Source: Atractiella rhizophila (lineage: Eukaryota). Taken from it: a stretch of DNA of 61,477 nt. The notes beneath the pieces were generated by a model. The model had not been told where the DNA came from. It made no database searches and was given only the letters and a program-made list of their open reading frames with translations. The translations under genes were made by a program, and so were the position numbers. The DNA is taken from positions 1-61,477 of the forward strand of contig MU271458.1 of NCBI GenBank assembly GCA_021432655.1, written 5' to 3'. Numbering within the stretch: the stretch's first letter is position 1; every line of letters starts with the position of its first letter. Shown here piece after piece: positions 24,856 through 38,395 of this stretch.

Positions 24856-25928
24856 CTTTCCTGTTTCTTACTTTGCTCGATTTGTCTGCGAGACGAGGAA
24901 ATACTAAAGAAAGTCGAGGAAGAAGAAGAGGACAGCAGACAAGGAGGGAGTCTTTTATTAGGATGCCAAAGCTGAGGCGCTGAGGTAAACAAAGTTGATG
25001 CATTCGAGTTCCAATTGACCCAGCAAGGCCTGACAATTACCAGGACAATTACAAGCTCCAAGCCAACGAGCTCTCAACCAGATACACACAAACTTCATCT
25101 CTTCAGCCCAAACTTGGTCCTTAAACTGAGTAGCCATCGCAGCTTTTTTACGGGAGCCAATCAAGATTAGAAATTGGACCGTCCCCCTAAAACTCAGGCT
25201 GCCCGTTATGGGCTGACGAACTAGGTAACTGGAACTCTTCCATGCATAACCGTTCCTCCACCCTCGGCCTGCCATACGTCAACCTTTGAGCTTTCATGCT
25301 CTCCACTGCTGCCTCCCAGCGAGCGACTTAGCTCAAGGTATAAGCGCTTGTCGCGCAGATCAACACATAGAACACTCGAACGTGTGGAAAGCCCCTCACA
25401 AACGTTCGATAAGTTGGGGAATTGGAAGAGAACAAGGTGAAGGAACCATTCCTAACTCTCTCTTTTTACCGATCTTTGCAAATCTTTCATATAACACAGG
25501 CAGCTGAAAACTCGCAATTTGCAGCCGTTTATCGATGGATTTGGACAGTGATGGAGATGGTGAGAATGGGATCATGAAATGCATTGAAGGAAAACATTTG
25601 GATATTCGCTGAGTCACGCTTGGCCCATTTAGATCAGGTGACTTTGGTACTCCCGAATATCTCTCATCAAATCGAGAGCTTTCAAGAAGTAACAGTAGTA
25701 TGATTAGTGCGTCAGATGTCATCTTATGGAGGGGCTATACTAGATTATTCAAACCTGATCAGATGGTCACAACTGGTTAGTGAAGACGAAGAAATCACCC
25801 CGGAAGGCTCCTTGGACTCAGAATAGCACATATCCTTCTGTTTATCTGTCTGCGAGCAGTTTTTCCGGGGATTGAAGCAGGACAGAAGTCAAATACAACA
25901 GGTCAAGGAGTATTCGTACCACAATTTG

Positions 25929-28900
25929 ATTATTCCATTGCAATCCAAGGCCACAACTTGTAGCTTAGTTGATAAATTATGTTTGAAATATGAGGAGAGA
26001 TGTGATGTAGACGGGACCTGTAGACGGATCTGAGGGATGCTGAGATCTAAGAATGATGCTATTCAGAAATGTGCGTTGTTCTGAAGGCGACGAGCAAGGA
26101 AACTAAACGGGCCAGGGGTTAAACCTGTCCAGATGGAGAAGGAGGTCTCGGAGACACTTGCTACAAAGCCGTGAGGCAGAATTAAGCTACATGGTATCAC
26201 GAGTATCAATAAAGGGGGATACATACTTTAAGATGTATGGAGTCCACAGGATCCAAGTCGTCCTTCTCATGAAAATCCTGATCTCGCAACGTGCTGACAT
26301 GAACCTGTATTCCCGAATTGGATGGTTGGTGAACGGCCGGACGAGAGAGTCTGGAGGCGAGCGCGAACGTCGTCTTTCGGGTGTGGTTCGTCTGGCTGGT
26401 CGTGAGCGAATGACTGTGACTGTGGCTCCACATCTCCCTTAACGAATCCCGGATGTTCAGTGTGTAGACGGTGGAGAGCGCAAAAAGGGAGGGCAGCAAG
26501 TTAGCGAAGGAGAGATAGGCTGTGACAGTGTGAGCTTTTTCGTTCAGAGAATTGAAAGGAAGATAGGGAATCTTGCCATTGTTGTGCTGACTCGTTCGGA
26601 CATAAAGGATCGCAGTCAAAATAGCCGTTATCCTGTAGGGTGTTATCTAATGAAAAAGGTGGAAGCTATGTGCGAGACATACGAAGTCAAAGCAGCCTAA
26701 GGCATCTGTCAGAGCGTTCCCACTAGAGGTAAAAGGTATTAAACTCACCGAAGTGAGCGAGAGCGAAAGTAGTCGCCCCAGTAGCTTGTCAGTTCTTCGC
26801 CTCGGTGTCAACATTCTATCAGACTGGGAAGAATGTGTATTACCTCCAGTTAAAACCATGCTGGTCCTTCTTCAACTTGGCCGTCAGAATGACGGAAATA
26901 ATGATGTCTGTGATTGCCATCGAGAAGTATTCGAGTTGAATCCTGTCAGCCCAATTAGTCTTGGTAACGCTTGTTGTGACTGAGGTTACAGGAGTCGCTG
27001 GCGGCGAAGCCGATCTTCTTCCTTCACCGGATCGTCAAGTGGATTGTTTCCTGTAAAGCTAATCGTTCTGTTAATGATGGAGAAAGGTCATGTATGGACA
27101 AGCGAACGAAAGGTAAACCCAAGCAGCGATTCCCCCAGCGAAGGAGAAGAGAATGGCTATCCCGACCAAGATGCCGATCCAGATGTTCTTGTGAGTGTCT
27201 GAACAACCATAGGAGTGAGCTTGACTGGAAATGAGAATGGTGGCACTTGCATTTGAAACAGCGCCATCCGAAGTACAGTTCTGAGAAGAAAGCGCTCAAC
27301 TGAGGCATTTAGTCCGGTCAAGTGAAAGGCGGGAAGAATACGGGAGCTGCATACCACAGGTACAAGGATTTGGTAGCGTATAACGCCATCAGGAATGTTT
27401 GAAAAAACTAAAAAGTTCAGAACGATGTATGAGAAGGCGAAGTATCACTCACCAAGGTCAGGATGATCTGCTCCAAATATCGTAAAATGCCACAGCGCTG
27501 GAAGTGGCACCACCGGCAGTGGTCAGTGGTCCATGGCATGTTACCAAAGAGTATCGTACCGACAAGCCCGCATGCAAGAGCGGAAAGACAGAGCCCAATT
27601 ATTCCATTGCAATCCAAGGCCACAACTTGTAGCTTAGTTGATAAATTATGTTTGAAATATGAGGAGAGATGTGATGTAGACGGGACCTGTAGACGGATCT
27701 GAGGGATGCTGAGATCTAAGAATGATGCTATTCAGAAATGTGCGTTGTTCTGAAGGCGACGAGCAAGGAAACTAAACGGGCCAGGGGTTAAACCTGTCCA
27801 GATGGAGAAGGAGGTCTCGGAGACACTTGCTACAAAGCCGTGAGGCAGAATTAAGCCACATGGTATCACGAGTATCAATAAAGGGGGATACATACTTTAA
27901 GATGTATGGAGTCCACAGGATCCAAGTCGTCCTTCTCATGAAAATCCTGATCTCGCAACGTGCTGACATGAACCTGAATTCCCGAATTGGATGGCTGGTG
28001 AACCGCCGGACGAGAGAGTCTGGAGGCGAGCGCGAACGTCGTCTTTCGGGTGTGGTTCGTCTGGCTGGTCGTGAGCGAATGACTGTGACTGTGGCTCCAC
28101 ATCTCCCTTAACGAATCCCGGATGTTCAGTGTGTAGACTGTGGAGAGCGCAAAAAGGGAGGGCAGCAAGTTAGCAAAGGAGAGATAGGCTGTGACAATGT
28201 GAGCTTTTCGTTCAGAGAATTGAAAGGAAGATAGGGAATCTTACCATTGTTGTGCTGGCTCGTTCGGACATAAAGGATCGCAGTCAAAATAGCCGTTATC
28301 CTGTAGGGTGTTATGTAATGAAAGGGTGGAAGCTATGTGCGAGACACACGAAGTCAAAGCAGCCTAAGGCATCTGTCAGAGCGTTCCCACTAGAGGTAAA
28401 AGGTATTAAACTCACCGAAGTGAGCGAGAGCGAAAGTAGTCGCCCAAGTAGCTTGTCAGTTCTTCGCCTCGGTGTCAACGTTCTATCAGACTGGGAAGAA
28501 TGTGTATTACCTCCAGTTAAAACCATGCTGGTCCTTCTTCAACTTGGCCGTCAGAATGACGGAAATAATGATGTCTGTGATTGCCATCGAGAAGTATTCG
28601 AGTTGAATCCTGTCAGCCCAATTAGTCTTGGTAACGCTTGTTGTGACTGAGGTTACAGGAGTCGCTGGCGGCGAAGCCGATCTTCTTCCTTCACCGGATC
28701 GTCAAGTGGATTGCTTCCTGTAAAGCTAATGGTTCTGTTAATGATGGAGAAAGGTCATGTAGGGACAAGCGAACGAAAGGTAAACCCAAGCAGCGATTCC
28801 CCCAGCGAAGGAGAAGAGAATGGCTACCCCGACCAAGATACCAATCCAGATGTTCTTGTGAGTGTCTGAACAACGGTATGAGTGAGCTTGACTCAAAATG

Positions 28901-29250
28901 AGAAATAATGGCACTTGCATTTGAAGCAGCGCCATCCAAAGTACAGTTCTGAGAAGAAAGCGCTCAACTGAGGGATTGTGGTCAGGTCAAGTGAACGGCG
29001 GGAGACGGGAGCTGCATACCACAGGTACAAGGATTTGGTAGCGTATAACGCCATTGGGAATGTTTGAAAAAACTAAAAAAGCTTCAGAACGACGCCTGAA
29101 AAGACGGAGTAACACGCACCAAGATCAGGATGATCCGCTCCATATATCGTAAAATGCCACAGTGCTGGAAGTGGCATCACCGTCAGTGGTCAGTTTACCA
29201 AAGAGTATCGTACCGACAAGCCCGCATGCAAGAGCGGAAAGACAGAGCCC
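25929..29250. repeat. tandem duplication, unit about 1,669 bp (A 25929-27596, B 27598-29250)
   Basis: ATTATTCCATTGCAATCCAAGG starts at both 25929 and 27598; alignment continues to CAGAGCCC ending at 27596 and 29250. Confidence 0.95.
26206..27596 (-). pseudogene. 5'-truncated copy of the DUF6534-type membrane protein gene
   Basis: Same exons as copy B, but the start and first ~60 codons are lost at the duplication junction. Confidence 0.65.
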
Positions 29251-29528
29251 GAGTAAAATGAAGATGAGGACTTTCATGTAACAAGCGTCTTTGGGATAAG
29301 TGGTGTAGTAAATCATTGCGTTCCACGCTGCGGCTCCACCAAACATTCCTTCGAAAACCACTATCATGCTTTTTCAAACACACTCCCTAAATATGGACCG
29401 TTAACGAAAAGACTAACGGCCAATGAGCTGTGGGCTAGGTTAGGACCGTGGTTAGGCGGGTGCACAGACTAAAAGTTACAGTAAAGAGACGCACCCATAA
29501 GCAGCAGTATAAGAAAGGGTTCCGACAT
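27875..29528 (-). CDS. DUF6534-type multi-pass membrane protein
   Basis: Spliced reading gives YYTTYPKDACYMKVLIFILL, ALWHFTIYGADHPDL, AFFSELYFGWRC, AITDIIISVILTAKL, RTDKLLGRLL and FALSTVYTLNIRDSLR. Exon 1 join needs one extra A in an A5 run near 29370. Confidence 0.6.
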
Positions 29529-30605
29529 TAGCCGCCATTACTATAAAATCACAGTCACGCTAAAGGTGTTAATGATTCTTGTGTTTGGCACTTGCACCGA
29601 TTCCTCCAAAAAAAAAATCTAAAGGGCCTGCCCATTTTAAAGAGAACCAAGCGATCTCGTTCGCTGACTATGAGATCCGTGCAGGGAAACGGAAATGTTC
29701 CTCTCCATCCAGCTGGAGCTCACTCGGCGGGAGCACTGGTTCCCATTATGCGTGCCAGTCGGGAGGAATCGCGAAATCCGATGCCAGTGTTCTGCGAACA
29801 ACTGTTGACGAAGGAAGCATCTATACGGCAAGAGCAATGCGAGCTACCGAGGGAAGTGCTATTTTGCCGATGATTGATAAATTCGATAAGGGACAAGGGG
29901 CGGACACGATGGCGGATTCAAAATCAAGAGCGTTAGAATACGCGCCTGAATCGCTTCAATGTGGCGAAATGGAGAACGACAGCGCTTCATTCTAGCAGTA
30001 CTGACGGAATACTGTAGCTCCAGGCTGGCACAGTAGCTAGCCTTCGGCAAACCATCCTCGGGTAACACGCCAAAATGCTCAATATTGTGCTATTATCAGG
30101 ATTGAAATTTCTCAATACAGAAACTCCATGTCTCCTGAAAACAATTGAAGAGCTCTCAATCTCGCGTGAGGCTGCACTTCAAAACTTGCGTGCAAAGAGT
30201 CTTTTCGATCTCGGAAGCACAAACACGAGAGCGAGAACGGGAGGAAGGTCACGACCACCCAGTTCTCTCAGGAAGTTCTCCCATGAGATTTCGTGCACAG
30301 AGATCCTATAGTCAGTGTTATGATTCCCTCACTTGATTCACGTCCTTCATCTCGTGCTCACCTGAAGGCAGCTCACTGAGCTCACATCACTGAAATCAAC
30401 CAAATCTTGTTCCTGCTTCCAAATCCTCAGCAAACTCCAAAGGTCTTTCAGCCACCCGAAACTGACCCAACACCAAATCCTGTTACCAAAACCCTCGAAT
30501 CATCATTGCTCTTGACATTGCACAGAAGGGAAACAAGTTGAGGAAGAATCTCCCACTGATCATCATCTCGCATCAACCCTCTTGCCACGATGCGTTGGCT
30601 CCAAC

Positions 30606-31602
30606 ATGTCCCAAGATCCATACTACGAGGTAAAGGCGTGAGTGACCTATTCGTTGTCTTGTGTATAACACCAACACTCTACTCTCGAAAGTGAAATAGA
30701 ATCACTGCTCCAAACGCTCCATCAGCTTCACGCATCGTACAACCGGATTCAAGCCACCTTACCTTCATCGCACCATGGCTCCTCTGAAGAGCTAAGAACG
30801 GCAAGGGAGGAACTTTTTGGGACATTAGAGAGCGTAGAGGCCGATGTGAGGGATGTAGAAGAGAGTGTGGGGATGGCGGAGAGGATGGGAGTGCCGGTTG
30901 AAGAGGTACGTTCACTTTCCGCCAAGTTCGCAGTTTGGGAGACGGAATTGTTGGATGACAGGTGCGGAGGAGACGAGCGTTTGTCAAACGAGTACAGAAG
31001 GATTGTGAAGTAAGCTCTCCTGCAAACATGCTGATGACTGGCTTAAGGCGAGTACAAGACAATCCGAGCATCATTCGGAAGCCGACCCTCGTCCTCCACT
31101 CATCCCCTCTCCTCTTACTCCACCTCTTTCCCCGCGTCTGGCTCCAACTCGTATCCACCATACCCACCCGATTCACACTCCCACCAGCCCTCCTCTCCCA
31201 ACGGCGAAGATGACGACCCCGCTGCCCACTATTATGAACGACAAACACAGACGCTGTTGATGCAGAGCCAAGATAATACCCTTACGAGCATCGGGTCCAC
31301 GGTGGGGATATTGAGGGAGCAGGCGCAGGTTATGGGAAGGGAGATACATGAGCAGGTGGAACTGGTCGATGACCTCTCGCGCAGTGTAGATCGCACGGAG
31401 GGTCGGATGGGCAGGGCTAGCAAGTTGATGAATAAGTTTATAGAGGACAATCGCAGTACGTTCTTTTCTCTCCATTTTACTCCCCTAGGTTTGGAAAGGA
31501 TAATGACGAGAATTGTCGGCTGCAGATGATAAGTCCTCGTGGTGTGTCCTCATCCTCATCATAGTTCTCTGTATCCTTTTGATAGCCATTATTCTTACAT
31601 AA
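30606..31602 (+). CDS. TLG1: syntaxin-6/Tlg1-like Qc-SNARE
   Basis: N-terminal MSQDPYYEVK, RRRRAFV motif, SNARE QDNTLTSIGSTVGILREQAQVMGREIHEQVELVDDL, C-terminal TM SSWCVLILIIVLCILLIAIILT*. Confidence 0.85.
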
Positions 31603-32758
31603 TACATTCAAGATTCAAGATATATATGGTAATGTCCATCCTTCTGCTGGATGATTTCGCAGGAAACGCTTAGGAGGCTGTAACAGGAATGCATTCGCCT
31701 TTTATGGATCGCTAACCCGGGAGGCATAAGAGCCTGCGCTCACTACAATTTAATATCTTTTCTTGGACGGCGGAAATGCCGAGGAGCTTTATTGTGCCAG
31801 TAACCAAGTCTAGGCAGGTCCGTCCACTCAGCACCTTCAACGAGACAGAGTTACGCTGCCATTGGGAAGTTGTTATGATTGCGCGAGTTGCACCTTTATT
31901 ATATTTATTATAGCAAGCAGCAAGAAAGCTACTTTCCATACCACGACGTTCATCCACGACGTTCGGCGTTCGGCGTTTCGGCGTTAGCGTCGTCTTTGTT
32001 ATTGTTGTACTAGAATTGGCTCTGGGTTGTGATCCTTTCTGCACTGCATCATGTCTGCAGGCTTTCTGTTTCTGCCCATTTGTGACCGGATGTGGTTGCA
32101 AGTTGCAGAAAGCCTCAATAGCAGTCGGCCGTCGAAGAGCAAGCATGATGACAGGGAGGGAATTGTTTTTGTTTGTTGAATCCGGATCCGGTTCTTTGAT
32201 CTCTACAAAAGTCGCGTGCCCCTCGTTGCTGCTATCCTGCTTCGAACGACCATATTGGCATTATTCAAGCTAAGTACGAGAAACAGTTGGCGTGTTGGTC
32301 AACCTTTCCGATTCCGCCACTTTGCCGCTTCCCCTGCCGTCCCTTTGCCGCCGCTTTACTCAACGCCGCTTTACTCATCTTTCTGCGTTTAAACTCCGAG
32401 ATATAACATCCTCATCATCCTCATCATTTGGAACGTCGGATCGAATATTCCAGAGTAGCAATAGCTCCCTCTGATTTAGGTGGTGGAGGTGGAGGTGAGA
32501 GGCAAGTCTTTTAGTTGTCCCAATCCCGGTCTCTGGTCCTTACCTCGCTGCTTATATCCTACAGGCTGTTGTTACAGTGATCTACTCCACTTTCTGACTT
32601 ACCGACTGAGTCGACCACCGAAAAGGGTCCTGACTGAGACGGCTCCACTCGCGGGTCTCGCCGGGTGTCACTTGAATTTTTCACTCAAAAACCCGGCTGC
32701 TCTCTTAACGTTGGGGATCATTTGTTCGTTCATCTCACGTTGCTGCCGAATCGCAATA

Positions 32759-33530
32759 ATGGTGGCTGCGACAGGTCCTAAACCAAAGGACAGGGCGTCC
32801 ATGGAGGCTTTCTCAATCAAGAGGAGGGGTTCCTTATCCACGAAACGGTCATCAGTCACACTTGACGATTCCTTATATGGCTACCGAGGTGTGTTCATGT
32901 TTTCCTGTGATTGTACAAGAGAACCATCTGACGATGAGAGCAGATATAACTGCCTACGCATCGGCGCTGGTTGTTTCCCTCTTCCCGAAACGTCTATCTC
33001 TCCCAGGTCGCAGACCAGGCCCACCCCCTCTCCCCCAATTCTACGCTTACGCCCTGTATCGCACCGACCTCCCAACTTTCACCGTTCTCTTCGCCTGCCA
33101 CCTCCTTCGTCGTCTAGCGCGCTATTGGAGGACAGACGAGAAGATTCCTGCGCCAGCTGACTTCCATCATCGTCTGCTCCTCACGGCGACGATCATGAGC
33201 TGCAACTATCTGCACGATGAAGCTTACAGTTTAAAGAGCTGGTCGATCGCTTCTCAAGGGATGCTGACGCTTCGAGAGCTGAGAGATATGCAGTTGTCGA
33301 TGTTTGCGAATCTCGATTGGAAGCTTAGGGACGAAGGAGAGGAATTGGAAGAGATTTTGGAGGTGGAGGAGGGGAGGTGGAAGAGGATGCTGGAGAGGGA
33401 GGAGAGGGAGAGATTGGCGGCGAAGCAGAAGAAGAGTACGAGTTGGAATTTGAAGAGGATGAGTTGGGATTGGGCGAAGAGAAAGAGTAAAGATGAGCAG
33501 GAGAACGTGGACCCTGTCGGGACGCGGTAG
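32759..33530 (+). CDS. Pho85-type (Pcl/Clg1-like) cyclin
   Basis: Intron 32889-32943; cyclin box LPQFYAYALYRT...HRLLLTATIMSCNYLHDEAYSLKSW...LRELRDMQLSMFANLDWKL. Confidence 0.75.
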
Positions 33531-34031
33531 TGCACGTCACCTTTGTTTCAATGGAGTCGGTTGCTGACGCCCAACTTATAGATGCTCGCCGCTGTTCACC
33601 ACCTTCTCTACGAGTAATTTCTAGCGATACCCACGAGTTGTTAGATTCGCCAATTAGTCTCAGTGTTTGCACAGTTACAGCAACCAGTTCAATTCGAACT
33701 TCTCTGTATCGTTTCGTCGTCTTGTTTGCTACCTCTACTGGGGTGCCCTGTAGCATAGGATTTTGGATTTTGCAGAGAATATCATTATTGCATCCTATCC
33801 TCTGGTCCCGGTTCCGTCTTGTAATGTAATCTTGGTTGACTGACTTGACTTGTATGGATAAAAGGACTGGTTTATTAACGAAGCATATTATATATTGTAC
33901 AGCTCTTATCGTCTGACACTTTTTGTCGTCATCCAGAGATGTCTCCGCACACTCCTTTTCATCATAGAAGAAAGAACTCTCCTGTTTTGTGTCCAAAACA
34001 TGACAACATACTATAAGTCTTCTTTAAACGG

Positions 34032-34930
34032 TCAAGCCCTGGGTAACCCCTGTACATGAACCAAAGCCACACCGTCCTTCCTTTTCTCCAACTCCATCTC
34101 TAATCCAACAACAGCACGAGCCGTCTCCACCTCCATCTCCTTCGCAAAGAACCTGAAACCTCTCTCTCCACCTCCACCTTCCCGGACCGGATGGAGGTCG
34201 ATCGGGTGAAGGAGAGAGATGCGGAGATGACCGAGGGAGGAGTCGGTCCTAAGTGATTGGAGTGGAAGTCCATGTTCTGAACTGGGAGAGGATTCCGAAC
34301 AGGTGCTCCACCAGTCTTTCCAGACCCTGTCGTGTCCGGTAGCGATGTAGATCTGGTAGCCATATCTTGGCAGTCCATTCCAGGTCCCACCGTCAGTCAA
34401 AATTCTTCTCTCTAATCTATTTCCGGTATAGGTGCTCGGTCCGTTATTGTTGTTGGTTTTGTTGGGGCTGGATTTTCCGGGAGATGCTTTGAGACTGAGA
34501 GTCATGTACACGTTCGCAAAAGACTCGTATTCATCGAGTGGAACTATTATAGGATTCGTTCCCTCTCGTGTTGAAGGAGGGAAGAGAAACAACGCTTTGC
34601 AAGGTGAGTTGGGGAGGAAGTGGGAGAATGTGAGGGGGTAGATGTATGTAGCATGGGTGCTGACGACATGAAGATGGAACTTTTATTCATCCTCATCAAT
34701 TTCTCTGTCCATACTGTACGAAAAACAGAAAAGCGCACCACGATCCTAACGGTATTCTCCTCATCTTCATTGCCATCATTGGCACGGGACAAAACCAGCA
34801 ATCGACGCCTGAGGAGGGACACAGCAATCTCTCTCCAGTCCTTGCACACGGGCGAAACAAAGCGTACGAGGTCAAGAGCGGGAAGAGTGCTGAGTACGTG
34901 ATACACGAGTTCTGGAGGAAGTGAGTCCAT
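34032..34930 (-). CDS. F-box protein
   Basis: MDSLPPELVYHVLSTLPALDLVRFVSPVCKDWREI is a canonical F-box; one intron near 34740-34680; stop at 34032. Confidence 0.75.
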
Positions 34931-35437
34931 CGACGTCCTTCAAATTTCCTTTTTGCTATTCCAACGAAGGAAGTCAGTCGATGAGAAGTTGAGCGGCAAA
35001 TAAAACGGGGAGACGTACGACTTCGACACCACGAGTGTTCCACAAGAACTCTTGGAACAATTCATCCGCGTTCTTCTCCCTCACAATCCTCCTCGTCGTC
35101 TGCAAGATAGCTTGGACGTCCTCAACGAGGACGTGCCCTTCAGCCGAGAGTTCGGTTTGATCGCCTGGCGTCCTTTGAACATTCACATCAACAAAATCCT
35201 CACAACTAATGGGAATGAAGAGATCACATACACGGCTTTCTCAAGCTCCTTCAGCCATCCGTTGACTTGGTTGTTGTCGGGTACCTTCCCAGCCCTGAAA
35301 GCGTTGAAGATCTCGTAGAACTTGAGCTTCCTTTCGATATCCTGACCCTTGGTCTTGGGATCCGTAGGATGAGTGACAGCGTCTTTGGCAGGGTTTTCAG
35401 CGACGTGCTTCTTGGTGGGAGCTATTGCGGAAGGCAT
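34872..35437 (-). pseudogene. truncated N-terminal fragment of a HAM1/DUF5923-DUF4449-like gene
   Basis: DIERKLKFYEIFNAFRAGKVPDNNQ and LSAEGHVLVEDV...VREKNADELFQEFLW recalled from this family, whose members are normally much longer; the frame stops inside the F-box gene. Confidence 0.6.
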
Positions 35438-36356
35438 ATTGTTCAAATTTGAAGAATTATAGGTTTGTTAGGTAGGTGAGTTCGTTAGAGGTTGTTTCGT
35501 GGATGGTCGTTGCGGTTTAGTTGTTTCGTAAATTCTGGAGGGAAAACATGGGAAAGGACAAGGGCTTTTATACGTCAATTGAAAGCGGGAAGGGAAGTTG
35601 GGACGTCATTGATTCCACTTCCGTCAAGCGAAATGACTGAATGAGGTCAAAAAAACCGGCATCAGAGTTGTTTTCGGGATTGAAAGTCGAATCGGAGGAG
35701 GATAGGAGAATTAGACGTAAATTATCAGCTCTAGTTGTCCCAAAACGATGCCCTAGACGCCTGTACGACGTATGCCCTGGGAAGACTCCTCCTGAAAGCT
35801 GAGTTGGGATAAATAGTGACGTCATAGAGATCGATCGGGGCATAGTCCCCAAACACCGGCCACAAACAATAATTGTTGCCCAAAATCCCAACCGTCTCAT
35901 GCAGGTTTTCTGTGCAAGCGACGTTGATTCTGGTCGATGCAATGATCGGGGATCTTTCTTCACAGAACCGCATGGAAATAGAACACAAGAGATGACCGAG
36001 ATTATGTCAGAGAGAAGAGTGATCGAGATCGAGCAGAATGTGAAGTAGAGGAACAAACCGAGTTATGCATATTCGTGCTCTGTGCAATGCTGTGGTACAG
36101 TTCGCAAAAATGAGTGATATAGGGAAGAGAAGCTGAACAACATCGTAGGCATGCTTTCCTCCTTTTAAAAATAGTGCCATACGTGCATCTTTGGAGGCGA
36201 GGTGAGTGTAAATCAACGCGGCATGCTACTGTGCATAGTCACCTTTGATGAACGTCAAGACGTACGATGGATTGCATAAACAGGAAACGCGAAAGCAAAC
36301 ATTTCCTTCCATTCCTGTCCCCATGAGCAGAAGGGGACTCACACGAGCGCCACCAT

Positions 36357-37382
36357 CTACCCACTGTACCCCTTCAAGCTAGCGCAGTCCAAATAATTAT
36401 ACTCCACGAAAGCAGTATCCATCCTCACTCCCCACACATTCGTCCATTGGTATCCACCACCATCTGCACCCTCGAAGATAGTTTTCTGAACGGTAACGTT
36501 TCCAATCACGTCTGTCGGCTGATACGGAGGGAGGGTAACAGAAGTGTTAAAATAATGGACTTGTTTATCGCACCCCCTCTTCGGATTAGAGAAGAAAGGT
36601 TGATTTGTTACGTTCTTCCAATAATCGATGCTGATGGGTGAAGGGGACGAAGTAGTCGCGGTGACGAAGCTTGAGTCCAATGCACCTTTCGCACTGAAGA
36701 CGGTACGGCTGCGATCTTTAGATGAAGCGAAGGCGTAGGCGTCGCATGGAGGACTGAAGCTGGTCACGAACACATCAATCCCGTATCCAAGGACGCCTAG
36801 CCCAGCTATCAGGTTGGTGGAGAGGGCTGCGCTGGGGGAGAATCGGAAGGAGGTGGAGTTGTCGGAAAGGAGGTCCACGAATGGGTATTCGATCGATGCC
36901 GTCTGTACCAAAAACCAATCGTATAGCGTAGGCATCTTTATCCTCTCGTCATTCAAAGAAGCAAGGACTGACAGAGAAGTCCGCCACTATTGGGAGACCG
37001 ATTGCTCCAACGTCGTGGTCCACGGCTGCGTGCATGAGTGCAGGATACATGGATGTATCCCAGTCTGCAGGGAGAAATGGGAGGTATGCATGTGTGATGA
37101 TGGAGTAGGGGGAGAGGATGGTCTCAGCTAAAGAGAACGGTATCGGCAGCAGCGCGAGCGTCTTATTTTTGGTGCCTGTGGTCGTATGCAACAGTAAGGA
37201 TAATACAGAATAACAAGGGCTAGGGAAGGAGACAACAGGCACTTACCAGTGGGTTCGAAAGGAAATTTCGAAGAGAGAGGATTGGGTTGGGACTCTGAAG
37301 TCAAAAGACAAGTCAAGGGCAGCGTGGCCGAGACGCTGGAGAGGAAGGAGAGAAATGCGCTGAAGGCAAGGGAGGATAACAT
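36357..37382 (-). CDS. secreted fungal hypothetical protein
   Basis: Signal peptide MLSSLAFSAFLSFLSSVSA; several exons; Cys- and aromatic-rich C-terminus FVEYNYLDCASLKGYSG*. Confidence 0.65.
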
Positions 37383-38395
37383 CTTGAACTCAGCTTTTAC
37401 TCAACGCGTTGGAGGGATTGAGGTCGTCGTCTCCTTTTGAAGAGGCGACCACAACAACACCGATCCAAGAATACGCGTGTTATGGAACGACAAAAACTCG
37501 CCAATATTTATTTAGGCCAATATAACTGTTTTGTATATTCAAGGCCATTCTTATTAGCCATTAATTAACGCCCCAGGGCACATGCCGTCGGTCCTCCTCC
37601 ATTTCTACTAGTGCGTGAGATGGCGCGGGTTGGCGCATAGCTTCTTTGCCTTCAGAAGTTCGATCATAACTCTCCAGACTGACCGAGAATATCTTGTTCA
37701 TTGGTTCGCGAGGTCTCACGTTATTCAAGTTCGGAGTTTGTCAACGTTTACAGGCTCGTAGCGTTCTGGGCCGTGCTGACATGGAAGTCATGGCGTGTCG
37801 CTGTGACTAGGTGGCTACGATGAAGGCGCCTTGAGATCTACAAAGCTCATGGTGGCACATCCACCACGTTCCGTTGCTTCTCGGCCATGCAAGTTGAAAA
37901 CGCTTAGCCTGGACGCGAATTGATAAATTCATCGCTTTTGTGAACATAGCAGGTACGAGTCTTGGAATCTAAGACACACATTGTCCATGTCAATGATCAG
38001 AAAGGTCAGAAGCAGGATTGGATGCTGAAACATCAAACCCTCGCAATACCCATCTCCTCTTCCTCCTCCACTATCTTCTCCAGCATGCTGTCCGACTGTC
38101 TCCATCCGTCAGTAAACAGCCGAAAGAATTGTCAGAACATACATTATGCGACTTCCAGCTACCACTTCCTCTATTCTGTCCAAGCCAAGCCAACTCCGGT
38201 TTTTCCCAGCTCACTCTCATCCAAAGTCTTCTCCAAATCCGACTGCAATCCTCCCTTCACTACATGTCGCTTCCCTTCCTTCCTCGCTCGTTTCCCATCT
38301 CTTCCGTTCCCTTCGAGATGTGTGACAACGACAGAGTGAGACGAGGAGAACAAAGAGCACGCCGAGGAGAAGAAGACCGCCGCCGTAGCCCACTG

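Noticed and set aside
29125..29127. Apparent premature TGA in DUF6534 copy B
   Set aside because: An intron (GTACGA...CTGAC...CCAG) shifts the true frame to ALWHFTIYGADHPDL, so the stop is out of frame.
29579..30336. 138-aa and shorter ORFs between the DUF6534 gene and TLG1
   Set aside because: Mostly non-ATG starts and no recognisable domain.
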